The notes: generated by a model from the letters alone, not told the origin. Shown: positions 20,468 to 30,704, counted from the first letter of the stretch. The stretch: DNA of 64,000 nt from an uncultured Alphaproteobacteria bacterium (GCA_902571865.1 CACGDO010000001.1:82315-146314), one strand, 5' to 3'. Numbers and translations are program-made.

Positions 20468-23080
20468 TTAAATTGTAAATTTCGAGATTTCATCTCTAAT
20501 TAATTTACTTAAGAGACTGTAACCAAGTACATTCATGTGTAATGGATCTTCTGAATAAAATTTTTCAAATCCAGCATCAAGCATAGGAGAGCAAAGATCA
20601 ATATAGCGCCATTGACTAAAATTCTCAATTTTGTTTTTAATTCGTTCATTTGCATCTAATATTGTATTTAAATAATTATTCCTAAATACACTTGGCTTAA
20701 TAGAAACAAAAAAACATAAGGTATGAGGTAATTTTTCATTAACTTCAGAAGCAAATAATAAAAATTCATTTTCTAAATCTTCAGCACTCATTCCGCTGCC
20801 TATATCATTATCACCTGCATAAAAAATCATCTTATCAGGATTATTTGGTACTACTATTCTATTAAAATAGGTTCGGCATGATACTAATGTGGAACCACCA
20901 AATCCTAAATTTAATAAACTATCAAATGACAGATCAGTTTTTGCATTTTCCCAATCTCTAAATGTTGAACTTCCAAATAAGACTATTTTGTTATTTTTAT
21001 ATTGATCTGAATATAATTTAATTTCTAATTCTCTTACATCTGCTTCAAATTCTTCTTCAATAGGGCTTACTAAATTTAAGTTACTAACCACATCTTCATA
21101 ATTAATTTTATTTTTTGAAGCAGATTTTGCTAATTCAATTGCTTCCTCAACATATGTTCTAAAAGTTTTTCTATATTTAGATAAAAAATTTTCTAACTCT
21201 TTTTTATTTTTCATATCATTTACAAAATCTTTTATTTTTATTGGTTCTTTAATAACTGCTGAATAAATAGTATCAGAAATTGAATAATCAAAATTTGCTA
21301 ATGCAATTGGAACAAGAAGGGGCTCTGGTTTTAATTGGTCTGCTAATAAAAATGCACCTGGTTTTAATGGACCTGGGGAATTTGGAGTTAAATTATCTTC
21401 AGTTTCAGATGTACCTTCTGGTGCTATAACTAAAGGTCTGTTTTGATCAAAAATATTTTGAGTTTCGATAAATAATTTACTTTTTCTTTTCTTTTTTTGT
21501 TCTTGAGTTTCATTTAAATAATCTGATTCTGGCGTATGGACGAAAATATAATCTAAATTCTCATAATAATTATATCTCCAGAATTCAGTATTTCTAGAAT
21601 ATCTAGCAATTCTTTGACCACCATCACCATATTTTGGAAATAAAATTTTTGCACTTATAAAGTGACTATCTATACTAAATTGATGTCCATTGGCTAAACC
21701 ATTTTCTTCAATGCTTGCCAAATGATTATAAAAAAATATGTTTGTGGCTTCATCAGGTAAATTCTCCATACCTTTAATAACATAAGGTACTTGATCAAAA
21801 GCTTTTATAAAATCTGAATTTGTTAATTTTTGTAATGCTTGTTTATTTATTGAATCATATGAATTTGCAACTCTGTTGTATATTTTGTTTAGTTGTTTGA
21901 AAAATCTATTTTTTCTTTCTATACCACTCAATGCATCTATCATTAAACTCGCTATAGATTTTTCATCATCATTACCTGTGATAATTAAATCATAAATTGT
22001 ATCAAATGCTAAAGAATGAGTTAAATGATTTTCTAATAAATGAGGTATTGTATAAAGTTTGGAATTACTTGGTATTGTTGCAGAATTATCGTTTAATAAA
22101 TATTGAAAAAACTCTTTTTCATTTTTAGCTGGATAGGTTGTTAAGCCTGTTGAACTTTGAATATAGCGTCCTAATTGCCATAATTGTCTTTTAAAAAATT
22201 TGATTGCCAATTCTGGATTTGTTTTGATTAAATTATCAATAAATTCATTTGAGAATTTTAATATTGTTGTATCTCTTGTTGCTTTTAAGGAGTAGGGTGA
22301 TTCAATTTCGTGTAATCCTGAAGATAAAGACAATGCTACTCCTGGCCTAGCTATTGATCGTGAATTGTTTTCTAATTGGTCATCTTTTAAGTTTGTAAAA
22401 GAGGCTTCAACCTTACCTTTTAACAAAATATTTATTCCATCAGATTTTTTACCTTCTAATGTTATAAATTCACCAGATGAAAATAGTCTAACGTTTGCGT
22501 AATGTATTAATTCATCTAAATCGTTATCATCAAGAAAAGCTAAAAATGCTGAATTTTTAATTCTTTTGGTATTTACAATATCTCCACCAGTTTTAACACC
22601 ATCTGCTAAATTAATATTTTTTTGTTCAATGGGTTTTTCTAAATTGCGAGATGTCCAAATTAAATTAATGGATTCAAATAATAAAAAAGAATAAAAAAAA
22701 CTTGCATAGTCAGGATCTACTTCTTCCAATTCTTTTAACTTTTCTATTTTGATAGAAATATATTCTGAATTATCTTTAATAAATATGTCTGACATATACC
22801 TACCAGGTGCATTCAAGCCCGAAATACCAAGAGGTGATCCGGTATTTTTTAATGTCGCTAACTTATAGAAAACATTATTATGATATTTTACGTATTCAGC
22901 TTCACCTTTTAAAAGAATAAAAATTTGATCAGCAATACCATGCTGTTCTGCAATTTTGATGTCTTCATTGCTTTTGTGAAATTCTGCTCCTGAATTGATT
23001 AAATCTTCTGTATTTTTCTTTGGAGACAAAGAAAAACCTTTATCTACTAGTATTAAAGATATTTTTTCACTTAAATTCAT
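20468..23080 (-). CDS. Multidomain protein: two cyclic-nucleotide-binding-like domains + PlsC-type acyltransferase + SGNH/GDSL hydrolase
   Basis: FILLKGEA and NILLKGKV (cNMP folds); VIKGMENLP..FFYNH, APEGT and LKPGAFLLA (PlsC); LFGSS, GFGGS, AGDND and DPLH (SGNH). Confidence 0.8.
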   Translation of the reverse strand: MNLSEKISLILVDKGFSLSPKKNTEDLINSGAEFHKSNEDIKIAEQHGIADQIFILLKGEAEYVKYHNNVFYKLATLKNTGSPLGISGLNAPGRYMSDIFIKDNSEYISIKIEKLKELEEVDPDYASFFYSFLLFESINLIWTSRNLEKPIEQKNINLADGVKTGGDIVNTKRIKNSAFLAFLDDNDLDELIHYANVRLFSSGEFITLEGKKSDGINILLKGKVEASFTNLKDDQLENNSRSIARPGVALSLSSGLHEIESPYSLKATRDTTILKFSNEFIDNLIKTNPELAIKFFKRQLWQLGRYIQSSTGLTTYPAKNEKEFFQYLLNDNSATIPSNSKLYTIPHLLENHLTHSLAFDTIYDLIITGNDDEKSIASLMIDALSGIERKNRFFKQLNKIYNRVANSYDSINKQALQKLTNSDFIKAFDQVPYVIKGMENLPDEATNIFFYNHLASIEENGLANGHQFSIDSHFISAKILFPKYGDGGQRIARYSRNTEFWRYNYYENLDYIFVHTPESDYLNETQEQKKKRKSKLFIETQNIFDQNRPLVIAPEGTSETEDNLTPNSPGPLKPGAFLLADQLKPEPLLVPIALANFDYSISDTIYSAVIKEPIKIKDFVNDMKNKKELENFLSKYRKTFRTYVEEAIELAKSASKNKINYEDVVSNLNLVSPIEEEFEADVRELEIKLYSDQYKNNKIVLFGSSTFRDWENAKTDLSFDSLLNLGFGGSTLVSCRTYFNRIVVPNNPDKMIFYAGDNDIGSGMSAEDLENEFLLFASEVNEKLPHTLCFFVSIKPSVFRNNYLNTILDANERIKNKIENFSQWRYIDLCSPMLDAGFEKFYSEDPLHMNVLGYSLLSKLIRDEISKFTI

Positions 23081-23128
23081 TAATTATCTAACTTAATAAA
23101 TTTCCCATTTTATTTAAAGAGAAAAATA

Positions 23129-23833
23129 TTATCTTCTTATAATTGACTTAAAAATATTGATAAAAGATAACAGTATTATTTTTAATCTAAATATACTCAC
23201 TATTGATTGAGCTAAATATGTCAATGCTGCAGCTCTTAAAACAGATTTACATTGGTACATATTTTCTTTAGGGACATATCTTTTGAGTATTGGTAAAGCT
23301 CTCTTAAAACTTGCATCAAATTCTACAGGAAGAGTAATCAAATGGATTAACACATTTGTAGATAAACATCCCATTATTATTATCGCAGCAATAAGGGTGA
23401 TTAAAGGACTTTTAGTAAAGGCAAATATTGATGGTAGTCCTATGATTAATAAAAATGAGCCAATTCTCTGAAAGATCATTGTTTTTTCAATTAATGATTG
23501 TCTAAGGATAAGTGGTTTGTATTTTTCCTTATCTTGAATCGCATGACCAATTTCATGAGTAACAACGGCGATGCTTGTTATACTTTTTTTATCAAGTTTA
23601 TCTGTAGCTATATGTATTTTTTTATCTTTAGGATTGTAATGATCTAATTGCTGAATAGGATTTATTGATACATTGGTAATTTCTTCTTCTTCAAGTATTT
23701 TTTTTCCAAGTTCTCTTCCGGTAAAGGGCATATCAGGTAAAATTTTATTATATTTTTTTAAAATATAATTTACCCATAAACTTGGTAGAAAGAGTGCCAT
23801 AAATGGTAAAAAATAGTAAAATAATTTAATCAC
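23129..23833 (-). CDS. Putative neutral zinc metallopeptidase (YugP-like)
   Basis: LDHYNP, THEIGHAIQD, TLPVEFDAS and AAALTY. Confidence 0.9.
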   Translation of the reverse strand: MIKLFYYFLPFMALFLPSLWVNYILKKYNKILPDMPFTGRELGKKILEEEEITNVSINPIQQLDHYNPKDKKIHIATDKLDKKSITSIAVVTHEIGHAIQDKEKYKPLILRQSLIEKTMIFQRIGSFLLIIGLPSIFAFTKSPLITLIAAIIIMGCLSTNVLIHLITLPVEFDASFKRALPILKRYVPKENMYQCKSVLRAAALTYLAQSIVSIFRLKIILLSFINIFKSIIRR

Positions 23834-23916
23834 AGTATAAAAATAGGAATAATATTATTAAAAATCAATTTTATTTAAACTGGTATTATTAACAATAATT
23901 AATTATTGGTTTAAAA

Positions 23917-25107
23917 GTGAAATCTAAATTTGAAAGAATTAACAGACTCCCTCCATATATATTTGGGGAGATAAATTCATTAAAAATGAAACTGAGAACA
24001 GAGGGTAGGGATATTATTGATTTTGGTATGGGTAACCCTGATATGCCAACACCTCTTCACATAAGGCAAAAATTGAAAGAAGTTATAGATAAGCCAGGTG
24101 TTGGACGTTATTCAGTTTCTAAAGGTATTAATGGATTAAGAAAAGCTCAAGCTAAATATTATAAAAAACGATTTAATGTTGATTTAAATCCATCAAGTGA
24201 AATTATAGTAACAATTGGTTCAAAAGAAGGTTTAGCAAATTTAGCACAAGCTATTACTTCAAAAGGAGATAGAATATTATGTCCTGATCCATCATATCCA
24301 GTTCATCCATATGGTTTTATGATTGCTGGAGCTAAATTAACACCTTTGAAAACATTTTTTAATGGACAGTTCGATAAAAACAAATTTTTATTAAATATAG
24401 TTAATAATTTAAAAAAATATTCCTCAATAAAAGTTATTATCGTTTCTTTTCCTTCAAATCCCACAGCTCAGATAGTTGACTTAGATTTTTATAAAGAATT
24501 AGTAAAAATTGCAAAAAAATATCAAGTTTATATTTTATCTGATTTAGCTTATTCTGAAATTTACTTTGGCAATAATCCGCCACCATCAATATTAGAAGTT
24601 AATGGAGCAAAGAGCATAGCAGTTGAATTTACGACTTTATCCAAAACTTATGCAATGGCAGGATGGAGAATAGGTTTTGCGGTTGGAAACAAAACTTTAA
24701 TTGAAGCATTAACAAAAATAAAATCATATGTAGACTATGGTGCTTTTACACCAGTTCAAGTAGCAGCCACTGCTGCTCTAAACGGACCTCAAAAATGTGT
24801 AGAAGAAATAAGGGAGACTTATAAAAAAAGAAGAGATGTTTTAATAGAATCTTTTGAAAGGGCTGGCTGGGATAAAATTCCAGAGCCTGAAGCATCAATG
24901 TTTGTATGGGCTCCATTACCAAAAAAATATAAAAAAATGGGTTCTATGAAGTTTGCCAAAAATTTAATGATAAATGCCGACGTTGCAGTAGCCCCTGGTT
25001 TAGCTTTTGGAAAAGGAGGGGAGGGTTTTGTTCGTATTGGTCTAGTAGAAAATACTCAAAGAATAAGACAGGCGGCTAAAAATATTAAAAAATATTTTAA
25101 TACTTAA
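23917..25107 (+). CDS. alaC: Class I/II PLP aminotransferase (AlaC / LL-DAP aminotransferase-like)
   Basis: DFGMGNPD, TIGSKEG, FPSNPT, SDLAY, TLSKTYAMAGWRIG and DYGAFTPVQ. Confidence 0.85.
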   Translation: MKSKFERINRLPPYIFGEINSLKMKLRTEGRDIIDFGMGNPDMPTPLHIRQKLKEVIDKPGVGRYSVSKGINGLRKAQAKYYKKRFNVDLNPSSEIIVTIGSKEGLANLAQAITSKGDRILCPDPSYPVHPYGFMIAGAKLTPLKTFFNGQFDKNKFLLNIVNNLKKYSSIKVIIVSFPSNPTAQIVDLDFYKELVKIAKKYQVYILSDLAYSEIYFGNNPPPSILEVNGAKSIAVEFTTLSKTYAMAGWRIGFAVGNKTLIEALTKIKSYVDYGAFTPVQVAATAALNGPQKCVEEIRETYKKRRDVLIESFERAGWDKIPEPEASMFVWAPLPKKYKKMGSMKFAKNLMINADVAVAPGLAFGKGGEGFVRIGLVENTQRIRQAAKNIKKYFNT

Positions 25108-25109
25108 TA

Positions 25110-26087
25110 TCAAACTGATAAAATTTTAATATAATGAGATAATTTTTCACCTGCATCCCATGCATCACTTAGACTTTTTCCTATAACCCAGTCTCCACTT
25201 AAAAATAATTTGTTATCCTTAGAATTAATCCAATTTTTTTTTGAAATACTATTATAACTGACTTTTGTTTGCGCAAATAACCATCTGTGTGATTTAATAA
25301 AACTTATCTCATTTTTTATACCAAATGTTTTTTCAAATATTGATTGAGTGTATTTTTCTAAATCAGATTTATCAATGCTAATATTGTTATTCGTATATTC
25401 AGAACTCATATTTAATACCCAACATTCATCAGATAATTCATTAAATTTGATATTTTGATTCATAAAAAAACTAATATCTTTATGAAGATTTAATCCTGCT
25501 TTTATATTTATGTTGTTAGTATCTTTATAACTTAACATTACAGTATGTATTGGATCATAAGATGGTTCGCTAACAATCTGAGTAAAATCAATCAAATGTT
25601 TTGAAAGTTCTTTTGATTGTAAATACGGTATGCAAATTAACACATAATCAAAATCTTTAAATTCTTCCTTTTCAGAAAATAGTGAGAAGAGATCATTACT
25701 ATTTTTTGAAATTTTAATTATTTTTGAATTTAAATAACTTTTTACTTTAATATTATCAAAAATAGACTTTGGAATAGAATTCATTCCATTATGACCAATA
25801 ATAATTTTTTTTCTAGTTTTTTTATTTTTTAAATAATCTGTTGCAAAATCTATTTCTATTACTTGTCCCAAATTATATCTACTTATTACTTCATTTAATT
25901 GATTTACAGAATGATTTGTCGATAGATAATGTGCGCCATGATCAAAAAGATAATTATCATGCTTTCTTGTAGATACTCTTCCTCCTGGTCTCCATGATTT
26001 ATCAAAAATTGTAATATTATGTTCTTGAAGATTATAAGCAAGAGACAAGCCAGTCATCCCAGCTCCAATTATTGCAATATTTTTCAC
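25110..26087 (-). CDS. Renalase-like FAD-dependent oxidoreductase
   Basis: IIGAGMTG, DKSWRPGGRVSTR, FDHGAHY, HRWLFA and SGDW. Confidence 0.88.
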   Translation of the reverse strand: MKNIAIIGAGMTGLSLAYNLQEHNITIFDKSWRPGGRVSTRKHDNYLFDHGAHYLSTNHSVNQLNEVISRYNLGQVIEIDFATDYLKNKKTRKKIIIGHNGMNSIPKSIFDNIKVKSYLNSKIIKISKNSNDLFSLFSEKEEFKDFDYVLICIPYLQSKELSKHLIDFTQIVSEPSYDPIHTVMLSYKDTNNINIKAGLNLHKDISFFMNQNIKFNELSDECWVLNMSSEYTNNNISIDKSDLEKYTQSIFEKTFGIKNEISFIKSHRWLFAQTKVSYNSISKKNWINSKDNKLFLSGDWVIGKSLSDAWDAGEKLSHYIKILSV

Positions 26088-26088
26088 A

Positions 26089-26292
26089 TTAATTAATATT
26101 AATTATTTGAAAATTTTTTTTGCCTGAAGATTGAATTTTTTTTAAACCAAATTTACTGCATAGATTTTTGTATCTCTGTTTTGCTGGTAAGTTAATTGTT
26201 TTAAAATGTATATTATCGTGACCGAACATCATTTTCTGACCATTAATTTCATATAATTTTTTATAAATACTAGATTTTCTTCTAATAACCAT
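26089..26292 (-). CDS. Small basic hypothetical protein (67 aa)
   Basis: Co-oriented ORF packed 1 nt from the next gene. Confidence 0.5.
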   Translation of the reverse strand: MVIRRKSSIYKKLYEINGQKMMFGHDNIHFKTINLPAKQRYKNLCSKFGLKKIQSSGKKNFQIININ

Positions 26293-26295
26293 GAT

Positions 26296-26379
26296 TTAAT
26301 AGAAAAAATAAATAGTTAAATTTAAAGCGGCAAAGATAAACACTATCGCAATAGCTGCGTATAAATTTCTCTTGTTCAT
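26296..26379 (-). CDS. Putative 27-aa single-TM microprotein (below ORF-track cutoff)
   Basis: Translated by hand: MNKRNLYAAIAIVFIFAALNLTIYFFY*. It fills the gap between co-oriented genes and ends 3 nt before the next start. Confidence 0.45.
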   Translation of the reverse strand: MNKRNLYAAIAIVFIFAALNLTIYFFY

Positions 26380-26423
26380 ATGTATTTATAGTTAAAATTA
26401 TACTTAAAAGTCAAGATACTAAT

Positions 26424-27281
26424 TTAATTTAACATTAATGACTTTAAAAAATCTAAGTTTTCAATAAATCGCCTTAATTCTTCTGGATCTAGTCCTTTTA
26501 AATTTTCTTTAAATAAATTTTGATAGTCTAATGTATCAATACGATCCGTATATATTTCTTTTAAAGAAATTGTATTTGAATTATCATAATCATAATTCCC
26601 AATTAATATTTTTGATAATGCAGGAAATATTAGTGATGTAGTTGTATAAGTTGCAAATCCTATTTCTCTGTCTTCGTCTTGTCTTTTGTCAATAAAGGTA
26701 AAATATATAGCTATTCTTGCTGCACGAGTTAATTCTGCTACAGATAATTCATTATCTTGAGATACATCTAAAAATTCAAAAGTTTCATTAATACAATTTG
26801 CTGGATTACTATCATTATTACAAGTTTCTATTAATTGAGAATTCATTAAATTAATTATTTCACCATAAATAATCTGAAAGACACTTGGTATTGATTCACA
26901 TTTTTCATAAACAGAATAATCTGAGGAATTTAAAAAAGAATAATCTATACCATCCCAACCATCAGGAGCAGTAACTTCAAGTAAATTATCCTCATCTTTT
27001 TTTAAAAAATAATAATAATTTCCATCTAGTTCACCCCATTTATAGGCTGACCAATCCTCCACCTTTGATGTTTTTGATACATTAAATCCAACATATGTTT
27101 CGTCAATCCACATACTTGTATTATTTGATATTATGAATACTTGATATTCTGCATCACAATCATCACTCCAAATACCTTGCATTTCTTTTGGAAAATTATC
27201 TTCAAAAATTAATTCTGCATTGAGGTGCAATGATAACAATAAAAAAATGCCAAAAATTAATTTTACTAAACTATTCTTCAT
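26424..27281 (-). CDS. Exported hypothetical protein with two EF-hand-like loops
   Basis: Signal peptide; loops DVSQDNELSVAE and DYDNSNTISLKE. Confidence 0.65.
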   Translation of the reverse strand: MKNSLVKLIFGIFLLLSLHLNAELIFEDNFPKEMQGIWSDDCDAEYQVFIISNNTSMWIDETYVGFNVSKTSKVEDWSAYKWGELDGNYYYFLKKDEDNLLEVTAPDGWDGIDYSFLNSSDYSVYEKCESIPSVFQIIYGEIINLMNSQLIETCNNDSNPANCINETFEFLDVSQDNELSVAELTRAARIAIYFTFIDKRQDEDREIGFATYTTTSLIFPALSKILIGNYDYDNSNTISLKEIYTDRIDTLDYQNLFKENLKGLDPEELRRFIENLDFLKSLMLN

Positions 27282-27780
27282 AAGGCATAACTCTTATTAC
27301 ATCTCCGTAAATAATTACCACTCTTTGACCATTTGGAAGAGCATTTACATCTCCTTGCACAAAAGCTTTTTCTTGATCATTTTGGCAATTAGAAATGTCA
27401 TTACCACATTCATCAATATTCACTATATATTGGAAGCCATCATGATTACCAATTTTAGCTTGTAATACTGAGCCCATAGCAGCTCCTCCAATAGTTCCAT
27501 ATACTATCGCTATATCTTGACACTTTGTTCCTAATATTTCTTCTTCTCCACATATTTGAGATGCTAAAAGACCTCCTATCATTGCTCCAGCTGTTGCTCC
27601 AATCCAATCACTTTCGCCTTCAATTTTTACTGGAAGAGAGGTTTTAATCGTTCCATATTCAATATTAGTTACTTTTTGTGCATCAGATTTTTTTACCTTA
27701 TTTGGCGATGTTGTATTACAAGAGATTAGTGCAAAACTAATAATAAAGGGAATTACTAATAATTTTATTAATTTGGTCAT
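27271..27780 (-). CDS. Glycine-zipper outer-membrane lipoprotein (SlyB/Pcp-like)
   Basis: Lipobox LISC; GATAGAMIGG...GTIGGAAMGS zipper; GQRV. Confidence 0.8.
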   Translation of the reverse strand: MTKLIKLLVIPFIISFALISCNTTSPNKVKKSDAQKVTNIEYGTIKTSLPVKIEGESDWIGATAGAMIGGLLASQICGEEEILGTKCQDIAIVYGTIGGAAMGSVLQAKIGNHDGFQYIVNIDECGNDISNCQNDQEKAFVQGDVNALPNGQRVVIIYGDVIRVMPYEE

Positions 27781-27876
27781 TAATTTATAACTTACTATAG
27801 TTAAAAATTGTCTAAAATAAGCAATTAATTTTAATAAATCATATAAATTTTCTAATAACTTACTATTTAAATCTTT

Positions 27877-29355
27877 ATGAAAAGTTTATTTTTAATTCTT
27901 GGAAATCAATTATTCCCACATAAACACCTAAGAAAATTTAAAGACTCAACTATTTTTATGTGTGAAAGTTTTGATCTTTGTACTTTTCAAAAACATCATA
28001 AATTAAAACTCATTCTTTTTCTATCCGCAATGAGATCTTATGCTGATGAACTAAAAAAAAACAAATTTAAAGTTAATTATATTGATTTAAAAAAGGATTT
28101 TAAAATTTCATATGAAAAAAAATTAGAAAATTTTATAAAAAAAAATAAATTCGAAGAATTAATTTCTTTTGAAATTGAAGATAAATTTTTTGAAAAAAAA
28201 ATTAGCACCTTATGTAAAAAAAATAAGATTAAATTAACTTTTATACAATCACCAATGTTTTTAAATTCAAGAGATGAATTTAAAAATTATTTAAGTAAAA
28301 CAAAAAAACCTTTTATGGCAAATTTTTATAAAATTGCCCGTACAAAAATAGATATATTAATGGAAAATAATAAGCCCAAAGGTGGAAAATGGAGCTTTGA
28401 TGAAGATAACAGAAAAAAACTCCCCAAAGATATTAAAATACCAGAAATGATTACTGCAAAAGAAACAAAACATACAAAAGCTTTAAAACAACAAATAAAC
28501 ATAATTTTTAAAAATCACCCAGGCCAAGTTGATAATTTTTGGCTACCTACAACTTATGATGATGCAGTTAAATGGTTAGATTATTTTATTATTAAAAAAT
28601 TTAATTTATTTGGTGATTACGAAGATGCAGTTGATACTAATAATAACTTTTTATTTCATAGTGCTCTTAGCCCTTTGATTAATTTAGGTTTATTAACGCC
28701 AGAACTAATAATAGAGAGAGTTAGAAAAGTAGAAAATAAAATTAAAATTAATTCTTATGAAGGTTATATTAGGCAAATTATTGGATGGAGAGAATTTATT
28801 AGGGGAATTTATCAAAATTATGAAAAACAATTAGAAGAAAATAATTTCTTTCAACATAAAAATTCTCTTACTAAAAAATGGTATGACGGTACTACTGGAT
28901 TAGATCCCTTAGATCACTCAATTAAAAATGCTCAAAAATATGGGTACACCCATCACATTGAGAGACTAATGGTTTTATGTAACATTATGAACTTATGTGA
29001 AATTAAACCTAATGAAGTTTATAATTGGTTTATGGAAATGTTTGTAGATAGCTCTGATTGGGTAATGTCACCTAATGTTTATGGCATGGGATTGTTTAGT
29101 GATGGAGGTATATTTAGTACTAAACCTTATATTTGTGGTTCTAGTTATTTTATGAAAATGATGAATTTTAAAAGAGGTGATTGGAATGATATTATGGATG
29201 GATTATATTGGCGCTTTATTAATAAAAATAGAAAATTTTTTCAATCTAATCCACGTTTAAATATGATGGTTAATATCTATGATAAAATGAATACAGAGAG
29301 AAAAAATCATATAATAAAGAAAGCAAATCAGTTTATTAGTGATAATACCAATTAA
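27877..29355 (+). CDS. Bacterial (6-4) photolyase / cryptochrome (PhrB-like clade), FeS cysteines absent
   Basis: LILGNQLF, HHKLK, GGKWSFDEDNR, FGDYEDA, FHSALSP, RQIIGWREF, YTHHIERLM and KPY. Confidence 0.92.
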   Translation: MKSLFLILGNQLFPHKHLRKFKDSTIFMCESFDLCTFQKHHKLKLILFLSAMRSYADELKKNKFKVNYIDLKKDFKISYEKKLENFIKKNKFEELISFEIEDKFFEKKISTLCKKNKIKLTFIQSPMFLNSRDEFKNYLSKTKKPFMANFYKIARTKIDILMENNKPKGGKWSFDEDNRKKLPKDIKIPEMITAKETKHTKALKQQINIIFKNHPGQVDNFWLPTTYDDAVKWLDYFIIKKFNLFGDYEDAVDTNNNFLFHSALSPLINLGLLTPELIIERVRKVENKIKINSYEGYIRQIIGWREFIRGIYQNYEKQLEENNFFQHKNSLTKKWYDGTTGLDPLDHSIKNAQKYGYTHHIERLMVLCNIMNLCEIKPNEVYNWFMEMFVDSSDWVMSPNVYGMGLFSDGGIFSTKPYICGSSYFMKMMNFKRGDWNDIMDGLYWRFINKNRKFFQSNPRLNMMVNIYDKMNTERKNHIIKKANQFISDNTN

Positions 29356-29732
29356 TGGATAAATTCGATGTTGTTGCAGGAATAATAATAAAAGATGATA
29401 AATATTTTATTGCCCAAAGAAATAGAAATAAACATATGGGATTAAGTTGGGAGTTTCCAGGTGGAAAAGTGGAAGAAGGGGAAACTTTTGAAATTGCACT
29501 TAAAAGAGAAATAAAAGAAGAACTAAATATAGAAATAAATATTAAAAATAAATTAGGCGAAGAAAATTACCAAGACAACAAAATAAAGGTGAAATTACAT
29601 TATTTTATATGTTCTCATGCTAATGGTGAAATTATTTTGAGTGAACACGAAGACTCGGCTTGGGTTACAAAAAATGAATTTAAAAATTATAATTTTGCTG
29701 AAGGGGATAGTGATATTATAAACTTATTGTAA
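29355..29732 (+). CDS. mutT: NUDIX hydrolase, MutT-like
   Basis: Nudix box WEFPGGKVEEGETFEIALKREIKEEL; TAATG coupling to the photolyase gene. Confidence 0.88.
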   Translation: MDKFDVVAGIIIKDDKYFIAQRNRNKHMGLSWEFPGGKVEEGETFEIALKREIKEELNIEINIKNKLGEENYQDNKIKVKLHYFICSHANGEIILSEHEDSAWVTKNEFKNYNFAEGDSDIINLL

Positions 29733-29827
29733 GTCTAATTTTAAAATCGTTTAAAACCCTAATTTTCTACTTTTTTTTTCAAAAATTTTATTTTCTTTTA
29801 TTTTAATGATAAAGACCAACATGATTT

Positions 29828-30535
29828 ATGAAAGTTGATAAAGATCAAATTTCTGCATGGGGTGTGCATGCCTTCACTGGTTCTGGAGCTATACTTGGGT
29901 TTCTTGCCTTAGTATCAATATTAAATAATGATCAAGTTGGTAGTTTTTTATGGCTTGGTATGGCCTTACTTGTAGATGGAGTTGATGGAACATTAGCTAG
30001 GAAGGTTGGAGTTGAAGAAAAAGCACCAAATCTAGATGGAATTATTTTAGATTCCATTATTGATTATCTAAATTACGTTATTAACCCAGCTTTAATGATT
30101 TACTGGTTTCAGATGGTACCATCAGGTTTTGAAATGATTATGCCTGCTCTTATATTTGGAGTTTCTTTGTACACTTTTATCAACGTTAATATGAAAACGG
30201 ATGATTATTATTTCCAAGGTTTTCCTGCAGTCTGGAATGTTGTGGTTTTATATTTCTTTATATTAAATACGAATGAATGGATAAATCTAATTGTGATAAT
30301 TATTCTATCAGTATTGACATTCGTTCCATGGAAGTTTGTTCACCCACTAAGAGTAAAATCATTTAGAAATTTAACGATTTTTTTTACTGTTGTTTGGGCA
30401 GCAACAACACTGCGATTAGTAACAAAATCAGAAATAAACTTAATTATAAATGATACAATTGTACTTTTAATGTGGTTAATTTGTACGGGCTATTTTATTT
30501 ATATTTGTTTTCTTAGATCGATAAAAGATTATTAA
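29828..30535 (+). CDS. pcs: Phosphatidylcholine synthase
   Basis: VHAFTGSG, DGVDGTLAR, DSIIDYLNY, FQGFPAVWN and FVHPLRV. Confidence 0.92.
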   Translation: MKVDKDQISAWGVHAFTGSGAILGFLALVSILNNDQVGSFLWLGMALLVDGVDGTLARKVGVEEKAPNLDGIILDSIIDYLNYVINPALMIYWFQMVPSGFEMIMPALIFGVSLYTFINVNMKTDDYYFQGFPAVWNVVVLYFFILNTNEWINLIVIIILSVLTFVPWKFVHPLRVKSFRNLTIFFTVVWAATTLRLVTKSEINLIINDTIVLLMWLICTGYFIYICFLRSIKDY

Positions 30536-30637
30536 AACCGTAGGTAATTCAATATTATTTTATATATGCAAAAAATGCATATCAAATAAGTATGAAATTC
30601 ATTTTTAAAAATAAATAAATTTTATTATTAAAATTTC

Positions 30638-30690
30638 ATCGTTCATTTTGAATAATTCAAAACGGAAGTAAACGAAAGTTGAAGGAACGC
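30638..30690 (+). ncRNA. glnA-type glutamine riboswitch aptamer 1
   Basis: AUCGUUC-A-[UUUUGAA/UUCAAAA]-CGGAAGUA-[AAC GAAA GUU]-GAAG-GAACGC. P1 is CGUUC/GAACG, with the GGAAGUA and GAAG junctions of the glnA motif. Confidence 0.9.
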
Positions 30691-30704
30691 ATGCAAGTTA
30701 TTAA

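Noticed and set aside
30567-30585. ATATGC-AAAAAAT-GCATAT palindrome as an NtrC site upstream of the riboswitch
   Set aside because: The GC-N7-GC spacing does not fit the GC-N11-GC NtrC consensus. It may be some other operator, but I cannot support that.
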